This document shows, piece after piece, positions 11,950-24,202 of a stretch of DNA of 64,000 nucleotides (position 1 is its first letter; every line of letters starts with the position of its first letter). The notes under the pieces were generated by a model. That model had not been told where the DNA came from, ran no database searches, and saw only the letters and a program-made list of their open reading frames with translations. The stretch comes from Euglena gracilis (Eukaryota), in contig CP154954.1 of the NCBI GenBank assembly GCA_039621445.1, positions 45,425,847 through 45,489,846 on the forward strand, given 5' to 3'. Made by a program: the position numbers and the translations under genes.

Positions 11950-12110
11950 CTGAAGGTGGCACTGCTGCTGGTCTGGGGTGTCCGGGGGTGGCCCGCTGAA
12001 CAGCGCCGGGGCGGCAGGCGGGGGCGGGGGCGGCGGGGGCGGGGCTGGCTGGGGGGCACTGGCCCCAGTCCCCTCCGCGAATGGCCAGGCAACGGGCCGG
12101 GGATTGCCCA
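11950..12110 (-). CDS. Exon, Pro-rich (GNPRPVAWPFAEGTGASAPQPAPPPP...QQQCHLQ)
   Basis: Acceptor CTTCTCTCTCAG, phase 1; donor CAG|GTGCCA. Confidence 0.75.
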
Positions 12111-12263
12111 CTGAGAGAGAAGGGCCACGTAGTCTGTCTTTGTCCCCAGGGAAAAAGGCAGCCACCTTTCGGTGTAAGCCGTAACAGAGGGATGTGATGG
12201 GCACAAATACATGCACAATGGCTAAATGCCCTGTTTGCTTTTGTCAACCATGATCACTCCACC

Positions 12264-12541
12264 CAGGGGTTTTTTTTAAGACTGGGGGGAGGGGGGGTCC
12301 CCCCACCCACCCGCCCACCCCCTGGCCGGGGGGGGGGTGGGTTGGGACCCAACCCACTTTTCCCTGAAAAGGCCAAAAAATAACAAAAATGCTAAAAAAG
12401 GGCACCTCTTTCAAAAATTTTCGGTGCCTTTGGCGCCGAAAAGTATATCCCACCCCCTGGGGGGACCCCCCCCCCTGGGGGGGCTCGGCCATACCCCCCC
12501 CCTACCCCCCCCCAGGGTCCAAGACTAAAAAAAAACCCCTG
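12264..12541. mobile_element. hAT-type MITE, family B
   Basis: CAGGGGTTTTTTT...AAAAAAACCCCTG; TSD ACTCCACC / ACTCCAAC. Confidence 0.85.
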
Positions 12542-12739
12542 ACTCCAACAGAAGAGGGGAACCAGCTCTTGGCAAGGGAGGTTTTCCCAACATTTTGGAT
12601 GAGTGTTCACAAAAATCAGAAAAAGCAAATTTTGATCGAAACTGTGTCAAATGAGAGAATTTGCCTTGAACTGGATTGTTGGGCAAAGATTGCTCAAACC
12701 AGACAGAGGGAGTGCGGAGTGGAACTCATGGGCCAGCAC

Positions 12740-12884
12740 CTTCAACGCTGGGGATGACGCGCATCTCCACCTCCACCGCCGCTGCGCGTTCTTCGGTGTG
12801 CAGCTGCGTCAAGTCCTCGGTCTTCAGCCGGATCTGCATGCCGCCGCTGCTGGGCGGGGCGGTGGCGGGCAGTGGGGGCGGGCC
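12740..12884 (-). CDS. Exon (GPPPLPATAPPSSGGMQIRLKTEDLTQLHTEERAAAVEVEMRVIPSVE)
   Basis: Donor G|GTGCTG, phase 1 matches the 12110 acceptor. Confidence 0.75.
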
Positions 12885-13408
12885 GAGGGCAGGCTTTTGT
12901 TTGTGAAACAGCACTCCGACACCATCAGGGGGGGGGGGGACTTTGATGCGAATTCGGCGTGGGAGAACCCGAACGTGCAGAAAACTGGGCACTGCGGTTT
13001 GGTTGCGGCCGTGGGGCCCACCCAGCCAGGAATTCCTGGAAAAGAAAGGGGGGGTTGCCCTGCCGCGTGTCAGCCAGTGGACCGGGATACCCTAAGTGTT
13101 GTGCCTGCCCTCCAACTGGTGGGCAGGCAGGGGGGCAGGGCCACATGGTGGGTATGCCAGCTCGCAAGGACAAATTCCTTCGGTACTGAAGGCATCTGAA
13201 GGATACCCGTTGAAAGCTTTGAAAAGAAAAAAGAAAACCTGGTGGGGGGAGTCCAACCCACCCCACCCACTAATGGATATTCAATGGACAACCCCCTTCA
13301 TACACGACCCAAGGGGCTCAGGGTCAGCTCTGGGGGGGGGGGGTGAACACATTGCCGGGTTTTGGCATGGAGTTTGACACCAAAGAGAACAGGAGGAAAA
13401 GCCTGGCA
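12885..13408 (-). other. Non-conventional intron (524 nt)
   Basis: T|TGC-CAGGCTTTT ... AAAAGCCTG-CCCTC|G; perfect 9-bp stem identical to the family C MITE ends; in-frame join PPVPP|GPPPLP. Confidence 0.8.
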
Positions 13409-13474
13409 AGGAGGCACTGGTGGTAGAGGTGGCTGCATTTCTTCCACAGGCGCAGCCATGATGCGGTCCACAGT
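13409..13474 (-). CDS. Exon (TVDRIMAAPVEEMQPPLPPVPP)
   Basis: Acceptor TTTCTCCCAG, phase 0. Confidence 0.75.
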
Positions 13475-13924
13475 CTGGGAGAAAGCGAATACAATTCATA
13501 CAGTTCATACAACAAAAAAACAAAAAAAATCAAAAGCTACAAAAAAAACTGTAATAAAAACGAACAATAATAATGATAAATATGAATATGATAAAAAAAA
13601 TGAAAATGATAAATAATGATAAATATGAATATGATAAAAAATGAAAATGATAAATTCAAAAGAGATGCCCATCACCGATGCAAACTCAATCCAAACTAAT
13701 CCATCCCAATCCACACCAATCCACATTGCTAACCTCACCATTGAGATAAAATCAAAACACTTTCCACCCCTTTCAGAACGAAGACTGGTAATCTACTTGG
13801 GCTGTTAGCCCCTCTCAAATACAGAGGACATGAAACAGTGGGCTTTGCCCTTCCCCCAACCCCAATGTTCACATGGCATGGATGTGCGGTGGGCAACATG
13901 CCTGGCTGGCCCATGCCGCCACAC

Positions 13925-14065
13925 CTCTTCTTCGCGTGGAGGAGGGTTGGCGGCCTTGGGGGCGGGTCTGCGGTCTTCGGTCAGCCGCCGCACGCCACTC
14001 CGCCGCATTTCGGCGTCCGCCACGCGGCGCTGCAGCTCGTCCCTCTCCCTCTCCAGCTGGAGAAG
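13925..14065 (-). CDS. Exon, coiled coil (LLQLERERDELQRRVADAEMRR...PPPREEE)
   Basis: CTACAG acceptor and GAG|GTGTGG donor; 47 codons. Confidence 0.75.
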
Positions 14066-14569
14066 CTGTAGGCGGCGCCAGGGCGTCGCGTTCCACCGCA
14101 ACCCGTACCCCCAAGCAGGCTTCTTTGAAGACTTCCCCAGGGGTTCCCCACCCAGCCTGGCTCCGGACCCCCTTTTGATGCAAAAAAGGTTTCTTGTTTG
14201 TTCATTTTTTTAATGCCAGCGCGGACTTCGCATCTGGCCGGGTGTGTTCCGTGTGGTGAGTGAACATGCACGCGCACAGGGGAGGAGGTCTTACAAGCCA
14301 AAAAAAAAAAGGGCCTGCCCCCAAGTCCCTGCAACGTCTCTGAGTCCCGGTAACGTGCGCCCTCGGCAATGATGTTTGCCCGCCTGCGGGCAAACATCAA
14401 CCAATGCCATTTCTGCAAAAAACCCGGGGGTGTCTGAGGCACACTGCGTCGGTGGTGCATTTTGGGGGGGAAAAACAAGCAGTTCAGGGCGAAGGAGGGT
14501 TCCTCCAGAGTCCGTTGGGAGCCCACCCACCACTGGGTACACGGCGTCCCCTTTGGCAATGTCCCGGGC

Positions 14570-15350
14570 GGTGCCGCTCCTGCAGCAGGGCCAGCTCGGG
14601 GTCCACCGCCAGCAGGGAGGAGGAGGGGGGCGGAACCGGGGGGAGCGGGAGGGCCCCGTCCCCGACAGCAAATGGCGAGGGGCGTCGCAGGCCGCCGGGG
14701 TCGGAGGGAGGCACAAGGCACAGGAGAAGCCAGATGTGGGGGGGGGGAGGTCGAGAATAAGGAAAGATGCGGACTTTCTCCCTCGCAACAAATGAACGTC
14801 CACTTTCTGAGCAAAAGCCGTATTTCTCGTCCATTGGATGGCGGTGCCACCACAGCTTGGCTTGCCATGCGTTGAACTGGAAAACACTTTTTTTTTTGAC
14901 TGGGAACCCACCAACCCAGATTGGCCCAGATTGCCTGAATGGTGTTGCACTGAGAGGTGCACTGGGGGACCCGGGGGCAGGGGGGGGGGCGTCGGTGGGA
15001 GTGGTGCTCCGTAGTCTCGCAGGCTGGGGGGAGGCAGCGGCCGGTCGCAGCCAAGGCTTCCTGTTTGCCACCAGAGGCCAGGCTGGGCGGGGCGGGGTGG
15101 GCCCCAGGCCCTCGCTCCGGAAGGCGGTGGGTGGGGGTGGCATGGGGGGCAGCGGTGGGGCCGTGCCGGGGGTGGGCGCGCCCTCGTCCACCAGGGCCGG
15201 GGCAAGCCGGGGCACACCGAACGGAGTGGGCGACCCGGAATGCAACAGCGTTCGGAACGTTCTGTGCTCTGACTCGCCGGAGGTTCGGCACTGGCAATGC
15301 GGCGGCCCAGCAATGTCAACGGCGGCCAAATCCTCCACGTCCATTGCACC
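14570..15350 (-). CDS. Candidate Pro-rich exons, possibly split by a non-conventional intron at 14716-14940
   Basis: Frame of ORF 14484..15356 gives a low-complexity Pro/Ala peptide; outer boundaries unresolved. Confidence 0.45.
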
Positions 15351-15455
15351 CAGCAATCACACATCAGTTGGGCAGGTGAGTGGGAGAATTGATGGCCTCT
15401 CTCAAAGGCGAAGATGCAATTGGAAGTTGGTCATTCCACCGATGACGTGTCGGAC

Positions 15456-15588
15456 CTCATACACAGCAAGGCGGTGGCGGGTTTCTGGCAGAGAATCCTG
15501 TGCCACAGCCAGGCCACAAGGTCCTCTGGGGGTTTCGGCAACGTCGACGCCAGACTGACGAGGTCGTCGGGAGGGTGGGGTTGGGGCC
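15456..15588 (-). CDS. Candidate exon, frame uncertain
   Basis: Acceptor CTCTTTTCAG and donor AG|GTCCGA; two open frames. Confidence 0.5.
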
Positions 15589-16065
15589 CTGAAAAGAGGT
15601 GCCCCATTCAGCGAAAAGGCGCCTGTCCCGGGGCAAGAGTTATATGATTCAACCCTGTCTGTTAACATATTTACGGCATTGGTGAACAGAAGCATAAAGG
15701 GTTTTGGGAGATGGCCTTTTTGCCAAGCTAATTTTGTAGATCCGGTTGGACCCTGGTCGGGCCTGGTTCTAGCTGACATACGTAACAAAAAAGGGCGGTG
15801 CCCATTCAGAAATCATTTGCAAAAGAGTATTCTGTGACACACATCAAAATCACGAGATAACATTTTGGGTCATCCAGTTGCCCCAATAAAAAAAAACAGA
15901 AGACCACTTTTGAACCTTTTAGTCAAATCATCACATACAGTATAAGACAAGGACATTTTCTTCAAAGCATGCATTCTCATCTTTAGTTGCCACCAATGCA
16001 ACTGGAAAACCTCCAAGACAAGGAAAAATAGAAAAAAACTTCAACTGGAAAGCAAAAGAACATAC

Positions 16066-16131
16066 GATCTCGTGGAGGAGAATGCTGCATGCGAGCTGCT
16101 CCGACTGGCCCAGCGTCATGAGCTGCATGCT
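16066..16131 (-). CDS. Candidate exon (66 nt)
   Basis: CCTTCAG acceptor and C|GTATGT donor; GC-rich island in AT-rich flanks. Confidence 0.55.
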
Positions 16132-16557
16132 CTGAAGGCCGCATAAAAAAAAAGCAGAATGTTACATTGAAAGATGTAATCTGCAATTTGAAACCTTCAC
16201 AGAGCTGCCATTATTGGAAGACAACTGAAACATGAATGAGCAACAATGAATCTCAAATCAGAGAAACAATATGGGGAGGGGGGGGTTCATTTAGGGGAGG
16301 GGGTACGTAGAAATTTTTGCAGCAAGCCCGGTCCTATGAAACACCCGCCCCACATTCAACAAGCTGAGCCCTGCTAATCATGTATGAAACATATAACAGC
16401 ATTTTGAGACAGCATTTTGAGACTTTGTGAAAAGAACACACACGCACACACACAGGGGTTGGTGCTTATCCATCGTTGGGGGCCAAATCCTCATCCATAG
16501 TCATCCATAGTTGTCCGTAGATATCTGTAGTTATTCGTAATTGCAAAAACGCTTGTA

Positions 16558-16951
16558 ACCCCCCTGATAAGTGCGCCCTAATTATGCGCAGTGCCCCAAT
16601 TAATGCGCACCACCAAAGGGTCCCAAACTACCTCCCTAAAAAGTGCATCCCCCCAAAGGAGAAACTGTTGCCACATCAGGTCAGAGCACACAATTATGCT
16701 GACTTTAAGTTCCTTCTCAATACTGTCTTCCTCAGACCAAATACTTCTATCATCTGAGCCCAAATTTGACACATAGTCACCTGACTCATTGCTTGACATC
16801 ACAAGAATAGGAAAAACTGAAAAAGAGTGGTGGAAAATTTAGTATTTTGTGCCTTGCCGTGAGCAGTGCCCCAATGAGTGCACGCACCCCTGCAGGGTAC
16901 GAAACTATGTCCTTAAAATACGCGCACCCGTGCACTTTTTAGGGGGGAGGT
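16558..16951. mobile_element. Degenerate MITE, TA-flanked
   Basis: ACCCCCCTGATAAGTGCGC ... GTGCACTTTTTAGGGGGGAGGT. Confidence 0.45.
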
Positions 16952-17300
16952 TATTGACTGGGCCAAACACCCAAAAAAAAACTGCAATGAAATACAATGA
17001 GGAAAGGCGGATTAAATGCAACCTCTGAGACGTCCAAATACCAATCAAAAGAATTTGACTGGCATCCAAATGCTGATGTGCACGATGCATGAAACACCTC
17101 CCGTCCTCTCAGTCAAAAGCCCTCCTCAGTTATGCCAGACCCCATATCCATAGTTATCCACATTTATCCATACATATCCATATTTATCCGTAATTTATCC
17201 GTGGTCATCCGTATTTCGGGTTTCGCACTTCTCCGTTCTTATCTGTAATTATCCAGAGTTATCCATTTCAGGATAAGCACGGATCCTGAATCACAGATGC

Positions 17301-17355
17301 CATACATACATACATACATACATACATACATACATACATACATACATACATACAT

Positions 17356-17395
<40 letters not shown>

Positions 17396-17407
17396 ACACA
17401 CACACAC
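17301..17407. repeat. (CATA)n-(CA)n compound microsatellite; a (TA)-rich tract at 17806-17862
   Basis: Direct inspection. Confidence 0.95.
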
Positions 17408-18330
17408 AGGCAGGGGCAAAGAAAGATAAAGGCCGCCGAACGGTCGGCCCCCACAAGGGATTTGCCCATCCCTGTGTGGTGACCCCAACAGTGGCAATGT
17501 TCAGTCCTGGGGGGAGCACGCGCGGCAGAGGCCAAACATTGTGGGGAGGGGATGTGCGGCCGAACCGGAGAGGCCGGCCAGCCGGGACCCAAACCCCACT
17601 CCTTCAGTAACCCCAACACCCCAGTGCAGGGTCGTGGGTAGCAGGGCCCCCCTTAGTTGCACTAAGGCTTCTTGTCTGCTTATGGCCGGCGCTAACTTCG
17701 CTTCTGGCCCAGTTTGCTGCGTGGTGAGTGGCCAGGGACCCCTTACACCAGTCCTCTTTTGTTGCTCCCCCTGGCCGTAGGGGGGGGGCCTGCTACCCGC
17801 CTGCCATATATATATATATATGTGTATATATATATGTATGTATATATACATATATATATATACCATTTTTGAAATTTTGGGGGAAATGGGTATTTGGAAG
17901 GGTGTGTTGGATCGTTTTGGGATCTTATTTTGGAGATCTGCTTTGATCAACAATTCCTTGATGTAAGGAACTGTTGGCCCTTTGTCCCTTTGGCTGATAA
18001 ACCAAACCAGATCCCACCAACCCCAGGGGTTCATGAATGGTGGATTTATCCACTTGGAAATGAAGACATTGCATACCAATCGTTCTTCCGACTTTGGGAA
18101 GATGGGGGATCCCTAGCATGGATATTCATGGATATGAAACTGACATTGATGTCTTTCTGTGGCAACCATGCAGAAAAAATCTTGCAACCCCACCTTGATA
18201 ATTGTTCAATCATTTGTGAGGTTGGCTTGGCAAAAAAAAACTGCGCTTTTTGTGGCATTTTTGCCGCACACTCCCCCCTGAATTCAGCTTGATGTGGTGT
18301 GCCCAAAGCGCGTGAGGAGCGACGATGGAC

Positions 18331-18507
18331 CTGTCTGGCAAAAGGCCTCTTCGTTTCCTTGCCGTCCACGCTCCCGACTTTTCTTCTCTTTCTCCTGCTG
18401 GGCTGCCCGAGCTGCCTCCTCCTTGATGCGTTGGAAGACCTCCGGAGGGAAGACGGCCATCTCCGCCCACGTCCGCAGGAGTTTTGCATACTTCTGCTGA
18501 TTGGACC
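18331..18507 (-). CDS. CID exon 4 (SNQQKYAKLLRTWAEMAVFPPEVFQRIKEEAARAAQQEKEKK...)
   Basis: CID C-terminal LLxTW...FP motif; CCGCAG acceptor, phase 1; G|GTCCAT donor. Confidence 0.85.
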
Positions 18508-18968
18508 CTGCGGTGGCACAGAGATGTCACCCCGGAAAGACCACTGGACAGCTCTCCTACTGACCCTGGCCCTCTGGGTACCTGATCTTTGGCAATGTGG
18601 AAAACCTTGGTGCCCTGTTTGCTTCCCTAAAAAAGATATTTCCCAATATTGTGGAACCAATAGAAGCGTGGGACCACCACAAGCCCGCCCTCGGTCCGGT
18701 CCACCGCACGCGCACCCCCAATTTTAATGGGAAGCCTCCAGAAATAAACAGAAATCAAACAGGTCCAAAAAAGGTATCAAACAGGTCCAAAAAAATAGAA
18801 ACGCAACTCCCGCTGCTGAAAGCGGCGGTCTGCCATCAATGCACCAGCACTTTAATTCAGAGACGGGGATTATAAATGGCAATGCTCTTTCGGAAGAATC
18901 AGTGGAAGACACCCTGGTGAAAGAGGGTGGTATCACAAACAAGGGAGGATGAAAGGGAGGAATGACAC

Positions 18969-19111
18969 CAGTAATTTGCATATTCCGGCAGGCCATTTTG
19001 GGTAAATGCTCAGCGAATCGGTTCACATAGACTCCACCAACGTTCTTTGCAATGGAATCCAACAGATACCAAGCGGCCAATTTAGCATCACCAGTTGCGC
19101 TGTAGATCCTC
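18969..19111 (-). CDS. CID exon 3 (RIYSATGDAKLAAWYLLDSIAKNVGGVYVNRFAEHLPKMACRNMQIT)
   Basis: Pcf11-type KLxxxYLLDSIxKNVG signature; AG/GT boundaries with matching phases. Confidence 0.9.
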
Positions 19112-20046
19112 CTGTTCGGATCAACAAAGAGGTTCTTGACGGCAAGAAAAAGTGCAAACCAGCCATCTCTCAACCATACAATTATTTCTGACCCCCGGGA
19201 ATCACTTCTGTTTCAAAAACCAGTCAGCCCTCCCAGGTGGCTGATCGTAGTGACTGACTGGTGTTCCGAAAAAAGTGGCGTGGGTGACTCTGGAACCCAA
19301 AGGAATTTTGACCACAAATGTGAAAAACAGGACAAAAAAAATTTCCGGGTCCTTCACCACAAGGTCACTTTTGTGGTCATTTGCCGACCCCCCCCCTTTC
19401 CCAGCACCAAGACACACACCATACTGGAGGGATCAGATTGTGCGCACATGTGCGCGATTCGTCACATCAAGCGCATATGTGTACGATTGGGGGGGTCATG
19501 GGTGCGCACGAGGAAGTGCGCATATGCGCGCGATCGTGTTGTGCGGTGTGTACATGTTGTTCCGGGCTTGTTTCTTTTCTCCAAGCACCGCCAGTTCCTG
19601 GAATGCTGACGGTCCAGGGACTTCTTTGGTGAAAAGGCTGTCTGAGATAGAGGGACCTTCAGATCAAAAGAAAATAGATTTGTGATAAAATATTTCCAGA
19701 AGCTGAAAGGAGATGGACAACAGCTTTTGGTGCTGTTTCACCATATCTGATAATACACCTAATGCACCAAACCCTCCCTCAAAATTTTATTGAAACCAGC
19801 CAGTTTTTGAAATTTAAGATTCTTTTGACTACTGTTTATGTGTTTTTTGTGTCGATCAATCCAATTCCGGCAATAAAAAACATACATTTGTGTTGGGAGC
19901 TTACAAGCGCTTAGTCACAGGCTGACCCCCCGAGGGGTGGGTGACTGGTTTTTTCAGGGCGACTGACAATTTTTTGCCTGGACTCCCTCCCCCCCCCCCT
20001 GGGCCCCCAACACAGGCGGCGACATTGAATAGACCAAGTGCCATGT

Positions 20047-20445
20047 AAACCCCCCCAAATATAACCCCCCTTGGTGAATTATTATTTGGACACTCGAAGT
20101 CTGGGTGGGTCTAGGGGGGGGGGGGTAATTATTTGGGGGCCCATTATTTGGGGGGGGGGGAAATTCGAAGTCAAAAATCGACCCAAAAACCCCTCCAGAG
20201 GCTCCAATGGTCACATTTTCGGAATTGTTGGTCCTTTTTGAAAAAAAAATTGGTTCTTTTTTGCATATTTTCTGCACCAATTTCATCCATTTTCGTGGTT
20301 CTTTTTGCAACATCTCTGCTGCTTTTTCCCTCTTTTTAATGCCTTCACAGCTGCAAGAGAGGAGGGTTTATTACTTGGGTGGCTGACGTTGGTCCTCGGG
20401 GGGGGGGGGTATTATTTGGGGGGGTTATTATTTGGGGGCGGGTTT
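20047..20445. mobile_element. MITE with AAACCCCCCCAAATA-type TIR
   Basis: Inverted TATTATTTGGGGG repeats at the right end. Confidence 0.5.
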
Positions 20446-20493
20446 AGCATTCGACGCTAAAACCTCTCATACACATTCACATCCACATCATAC

Positions 20494-20608
20494 CTTTCAA
20501 TTGCATACACAATCTCCTTGGCATGATCATCCATGGCGTCCTTGGCGATGCTGGTCAGGGTGTCGATGGTCCACTTCTCGGGCTGGGTCAGCTTTTCCAA
20601 GCTGGAGT
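20494..20608 (-). CDS. CID exon 2 (YSSLEKLTQPEKWTIDTLTSIAKDAMDDHAKEIVYAIE)
   Basis: Matches the Pcf11 CID start pattern SSLExLT...I..LT.IA; donor AG|GTATGA. Confidence 0.88.
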
Positions 20609-21195
20609 GGGGGCAGGGGGTCGCTCCCGACTGGCTCAGACCACCAGACCTGCCAAAGATTCCACAGACCAAGCGTCTTTTTCTGGCCCCGGGGGTTACC
20701 CCCACCCACCCAGCCTGCCCCCTCCCCACAAAATCGGGCCATCTGAAAGCAATTCACTCAAGGATGGATATTGATATTGGTTTTAGGGGGGGGTGTTCCC
20801 GATAAATTTGGATAGACTGGCACCCCCAATATCCTCGATAAAAGTCAATAAACCGATATGATCATTTTGTGCCCCGATACCCTCATTTTTATGATTTGGA
20901 GAATCCAAAAATCGCCCAAAAAAAACAAGAAAAGTGCGTTACTCCCCCCCAAATAAAGCCGATATTTCACGATATTTTTTCGGGACCCGATAAATTCAAG
21001 ATTTTCGATAAACCCGTATGGGCCGATATCCAATATCCGTCCTTGGTTCACAAAATTTTTCCAGCACTTCTTGCCAAAACCGGCCTCTGGCCTGGGAAGG
21101 GGGGTCCGGCCTCAGACCCGGGGGGGGGGGGGGTTCTAAGTTGGAAAAAAAAAGAAGAAGCCTCCACAGAGAGTTCCCTGAAGCGAACCCTGGCA
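20609..21195 (-). other. Non-conventional intron (587 nt) within CID helix 1
   Basis: T|TGC-CAGGGTTCGC ... GCGACCCCCTG-CCCCC|A; join gives KDYYSSLEKLT, colinear with the recalled Pcf11 DYxSSLEDLT. Confidence 0.82.
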
Positions 21196-21290
21196 AGTAA
21201 TCCTTCACAAACTGGAAATCCAGCGGGGCCTCGGCAGGGCTGACGGGAGCCCTTGACGGCAGCACACCATTGCGCAGCAAGGGGGATTTG
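21196..21290 (-). CDS. CID exon 1 (KSPLLRNGVLPSRAPVSPAEAPLDFQFVKDY)
   Basis: TTCGTCCAG acceptor; no in-frame ATG, so further exons lie upstream. Confidence 0.75.
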
Positions 21291-22268
21291 CTGGACGAAC
21301 AGCTTTAAATGAAACACGGCACCCGTTTCTTTCACAGCAGCAGGGCTTGGGTAAGCATGGGTGTGGACCGGGTCTTGGCCAAAAGGGCGTGCACGACACT
21401 GGGCAACCTTGAAGTATCCAGTGGTGATGGACCTGTGTGGTGAGGGAAGGGACAGTGAAGGGACTACGACTAAACCGGCAACCAAAACTCAGAGACTGGA
21501 CCGTATGCTTCAATTTATGCACCGAAAAACAAACAAACAAACAACTCGATGTGGTCCAAAGATTTTGTCTCACGCCAAAAGCAGAAAACACAACATATTT
21601 TGCTGGGAGAAATACACCTGGGCTTAGCAAACAAAGCATACGTTTCACTGTTGGACTTGGGTGGTCCACCAATGCGCTGGAGTTGCATTACAAATCTGGG
21701 CCAGTTTAAGCCAACTTTAGGCCTATTTTAGACCGCATTTCGATGGCCTTTCTGAGGCCAACTTAGGGAAGAAAAATTATTTTTGGCACATTTCCATCCA
21801 GCCAAAACGCAAAAAAAGGGTTTTTGGACTTGTTTTATTATTTTGATCCCCGTGCACAATCAAAAACGTTGGTTCAATGCCCGGACAGCCTTCGGACTGT
21901 CCTAGAAAAGGCACTTTCAAATGCCTTAAAATTTTGGAATTTTTTTGAGTTAAAAAAAATGCCCATCCAAGCCCACCCACCTGCTTTTTATTCAAAAACC
22001 CACCCACCCACCGAAAAATGTCCAGAATCGGCCAAAACCCTCGAAAAGAATTTCTGGCACGGCCTTTGAGGATGCCGAAGCACGGTGTGCGGCACAACGT
22101 GTGTGACACCGTAAACACTTTGCACACCGTGCGTCTTTCGATGAAATTTGTCCCAAAAATGAAAAATAATTATCAACAATTTTCTGACAATTTTTCTTGC
22201 GTTTCGGATTGATTTTCGCCCAAAAATCAGCACCAATTTTTTTCTCAAAAATATTTTGGTACTGAAAG

Positions 22269-23749
22269 CAGGGGCAGGGAGATATTCCGGTCGGCCGAAA
22301 ATTTTATTCCGGTGTTTTATTCCGGTTTATTCCGGGTTATTCCGGTTTATTCCGGAATTTATTCCGGTTTATTCCGGTCAATTCCTGTCTGAATGGACTT
22401 AGGATTTTTTCGAAGTACAATTGGGCCGAGGCGCTCACCCGGGCTACAGGAATGGGGCTGCTTTCCTTGGTTGCCCCGCCCCGCCAAGTGGTCACTTCGC
22501 ACTTGGTGATGCGGATCATCACATCACATCACAGCCCCGGCCTTTTTGGGAAAAACGAGCCGATGAAAATTGGTTCTTGGGGTTTTCTCTTGAGGCGGGT
22601 CCCTGGCACCGCTGTCTTTTTTTCTTCCCAAAAATTGTCCTGCCAAGTGTCTTAGGCGGCCTAACTCGCACTTAGCTTTGAAACCATGCGTCTGTGACGC
22701 CGGTTCGGGCTTGAAGCTGGCGTCTGGAGGACCCAAAATCAAAACTGCCCAAAAGTGCCCAAAATGGTTTGTAGTCATGTGGTAAGCACATCTGGGCAGT
22801 TTTTTGGGGGGTCTTCTGCCAGAAATTGGGCTTTTTTGTTCAACAATTTCCATTCAGCCAATTTTGGGGAAATAGAATACCATGCAGCATGGCAGAAATC
22901 TAAGGCCATCTGCTGAAAGCCCTTGAGAAGAGCTTTCAATCGATGGGCAACATGGCAGCTGAAAAAAGGAATTTCGAATTTCCAAACAGGGTCGGAAAAT
23001 GCGACCGCCGATTTTCAGAGCGCTGTGCAATGTGGCTGAGTTCTGTCGGTACCAAGCGAAAGGTCTTGGGGCAGGCAAACCTTCATGGACAGATCGCAGA
23101 GCCTAAACCCCCCGGAGTTTTGAACCCTTTTAAAATAGAGCACAGGCTTAAAAACACCAAAAGGGCCTGTTTCCTGGGTCCCATCGTTTGCACCTGCTAC
23201 CGTGGAAGGTCCCCGCGGAACCAGAGGGCCAAAAGGGTGGGTTTCACCGCTGGGCTTCAAAAAGAATGCAACGTTGCGCTTAAACGCAATGCAAAAATCA
23301 AAACCTGAAGTGCGAGTTAGGCCGCCTGAGAGTGTTATTACCCCCTCGCTTTGTCCAATGGGATCCCTGCCCCCAAAGATCACAGCGTAGATATTGTCCT
23401 AGTTCATGTCCCTTTGGAAAGAACTCAGGGACAAACATTCACCAAGTGCAGCCCCACAAGTGGGGATAAAATCCAAACAAAAAATGCATTCAATCAGGGG
23501 AAGAAACAGGCAAAGTGAAGGTGTGCTCCTGATATCAAATGCCGATTGTGCTATGCTTGCGCTCTTTTGTTGCTCTTGTGGTTTTGAAACCTGAAAATAT
23601 ATCAAACTTCACCTTCATTGCCTTTGTGTCTTGCAGAATTTTCAAGCCATTGGCTGGCACTTTTATTCCGGTTTATTCCGGTTTATTCCGGTTTTCGCTA
23701 TTCCGGTTTATTCCGGTTTATTCCGGACCGGAATATCTCCCTGCCCCTG
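22269..23749. mobile_element. Non-autonomous hAT-like element, nested in an older inverted-repeat element (~22070-23800)
   Basis: 24-bp TIR CAGGGGCAGGGAGATATTCCGGTC; subterminal (TTATTCCGGT)n; flanking CTGAAAG duplication. Confidence 0.85.
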
Positions 23750-24135
23750 CTGAAAGACACACGGTGTGCACGGTGTGCCGCACACCGTGTGTCGGCATCC
23801 CCTTTGGCCAGGCTAGACTGACCTGTGGGACACCTTGGGGGGGGGTCCAGCAGCCCTAACCCACCCACCACCCACTCTTAAACCACCCCCATACATCTCT
23901 TTACGGGAGGGGTTGCACCCAAACATTCTTTAAAGACCCGGATTTGCTGGGCTCGGGCTAGAAATTTAGACTGGCCAGTGATGAGTGGGCTGGGCTGAAA
24001 TTGGATAACTCAAAAAAAATTACCTGCAAGGCACAGTTTCCCCTTCAAACTCTCAAAAACACCATTTCCCCTTCACCATTTTCGACCACTTTCTCTAATT
24101 TTTGGCGCTTTGTGCCGAATTTTTTTGGCAGCAAC

Positions 24136-24202
24136 TTGGAGGGGGTAAGCGGCTGGGTTGGGATAAAATTGGGGCTGACTCGCAGCTGCTGCAGCCAGGG
24201 GC
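24136..24202 (-). CDS. Candidate exon (PLAAAAASQPQFYPNPAAYPLQ)
   Basis: TTTTGCAG acceptor, phase 2 matches the 24530 donor. Confidence 0.5.

Noticed and set aside
20601-20604. Canonical CAG acceptor for the CID exon
   Set aside because: No phase-compatible GT donor in the upstream exon, and it loses the conserved YSS residues.
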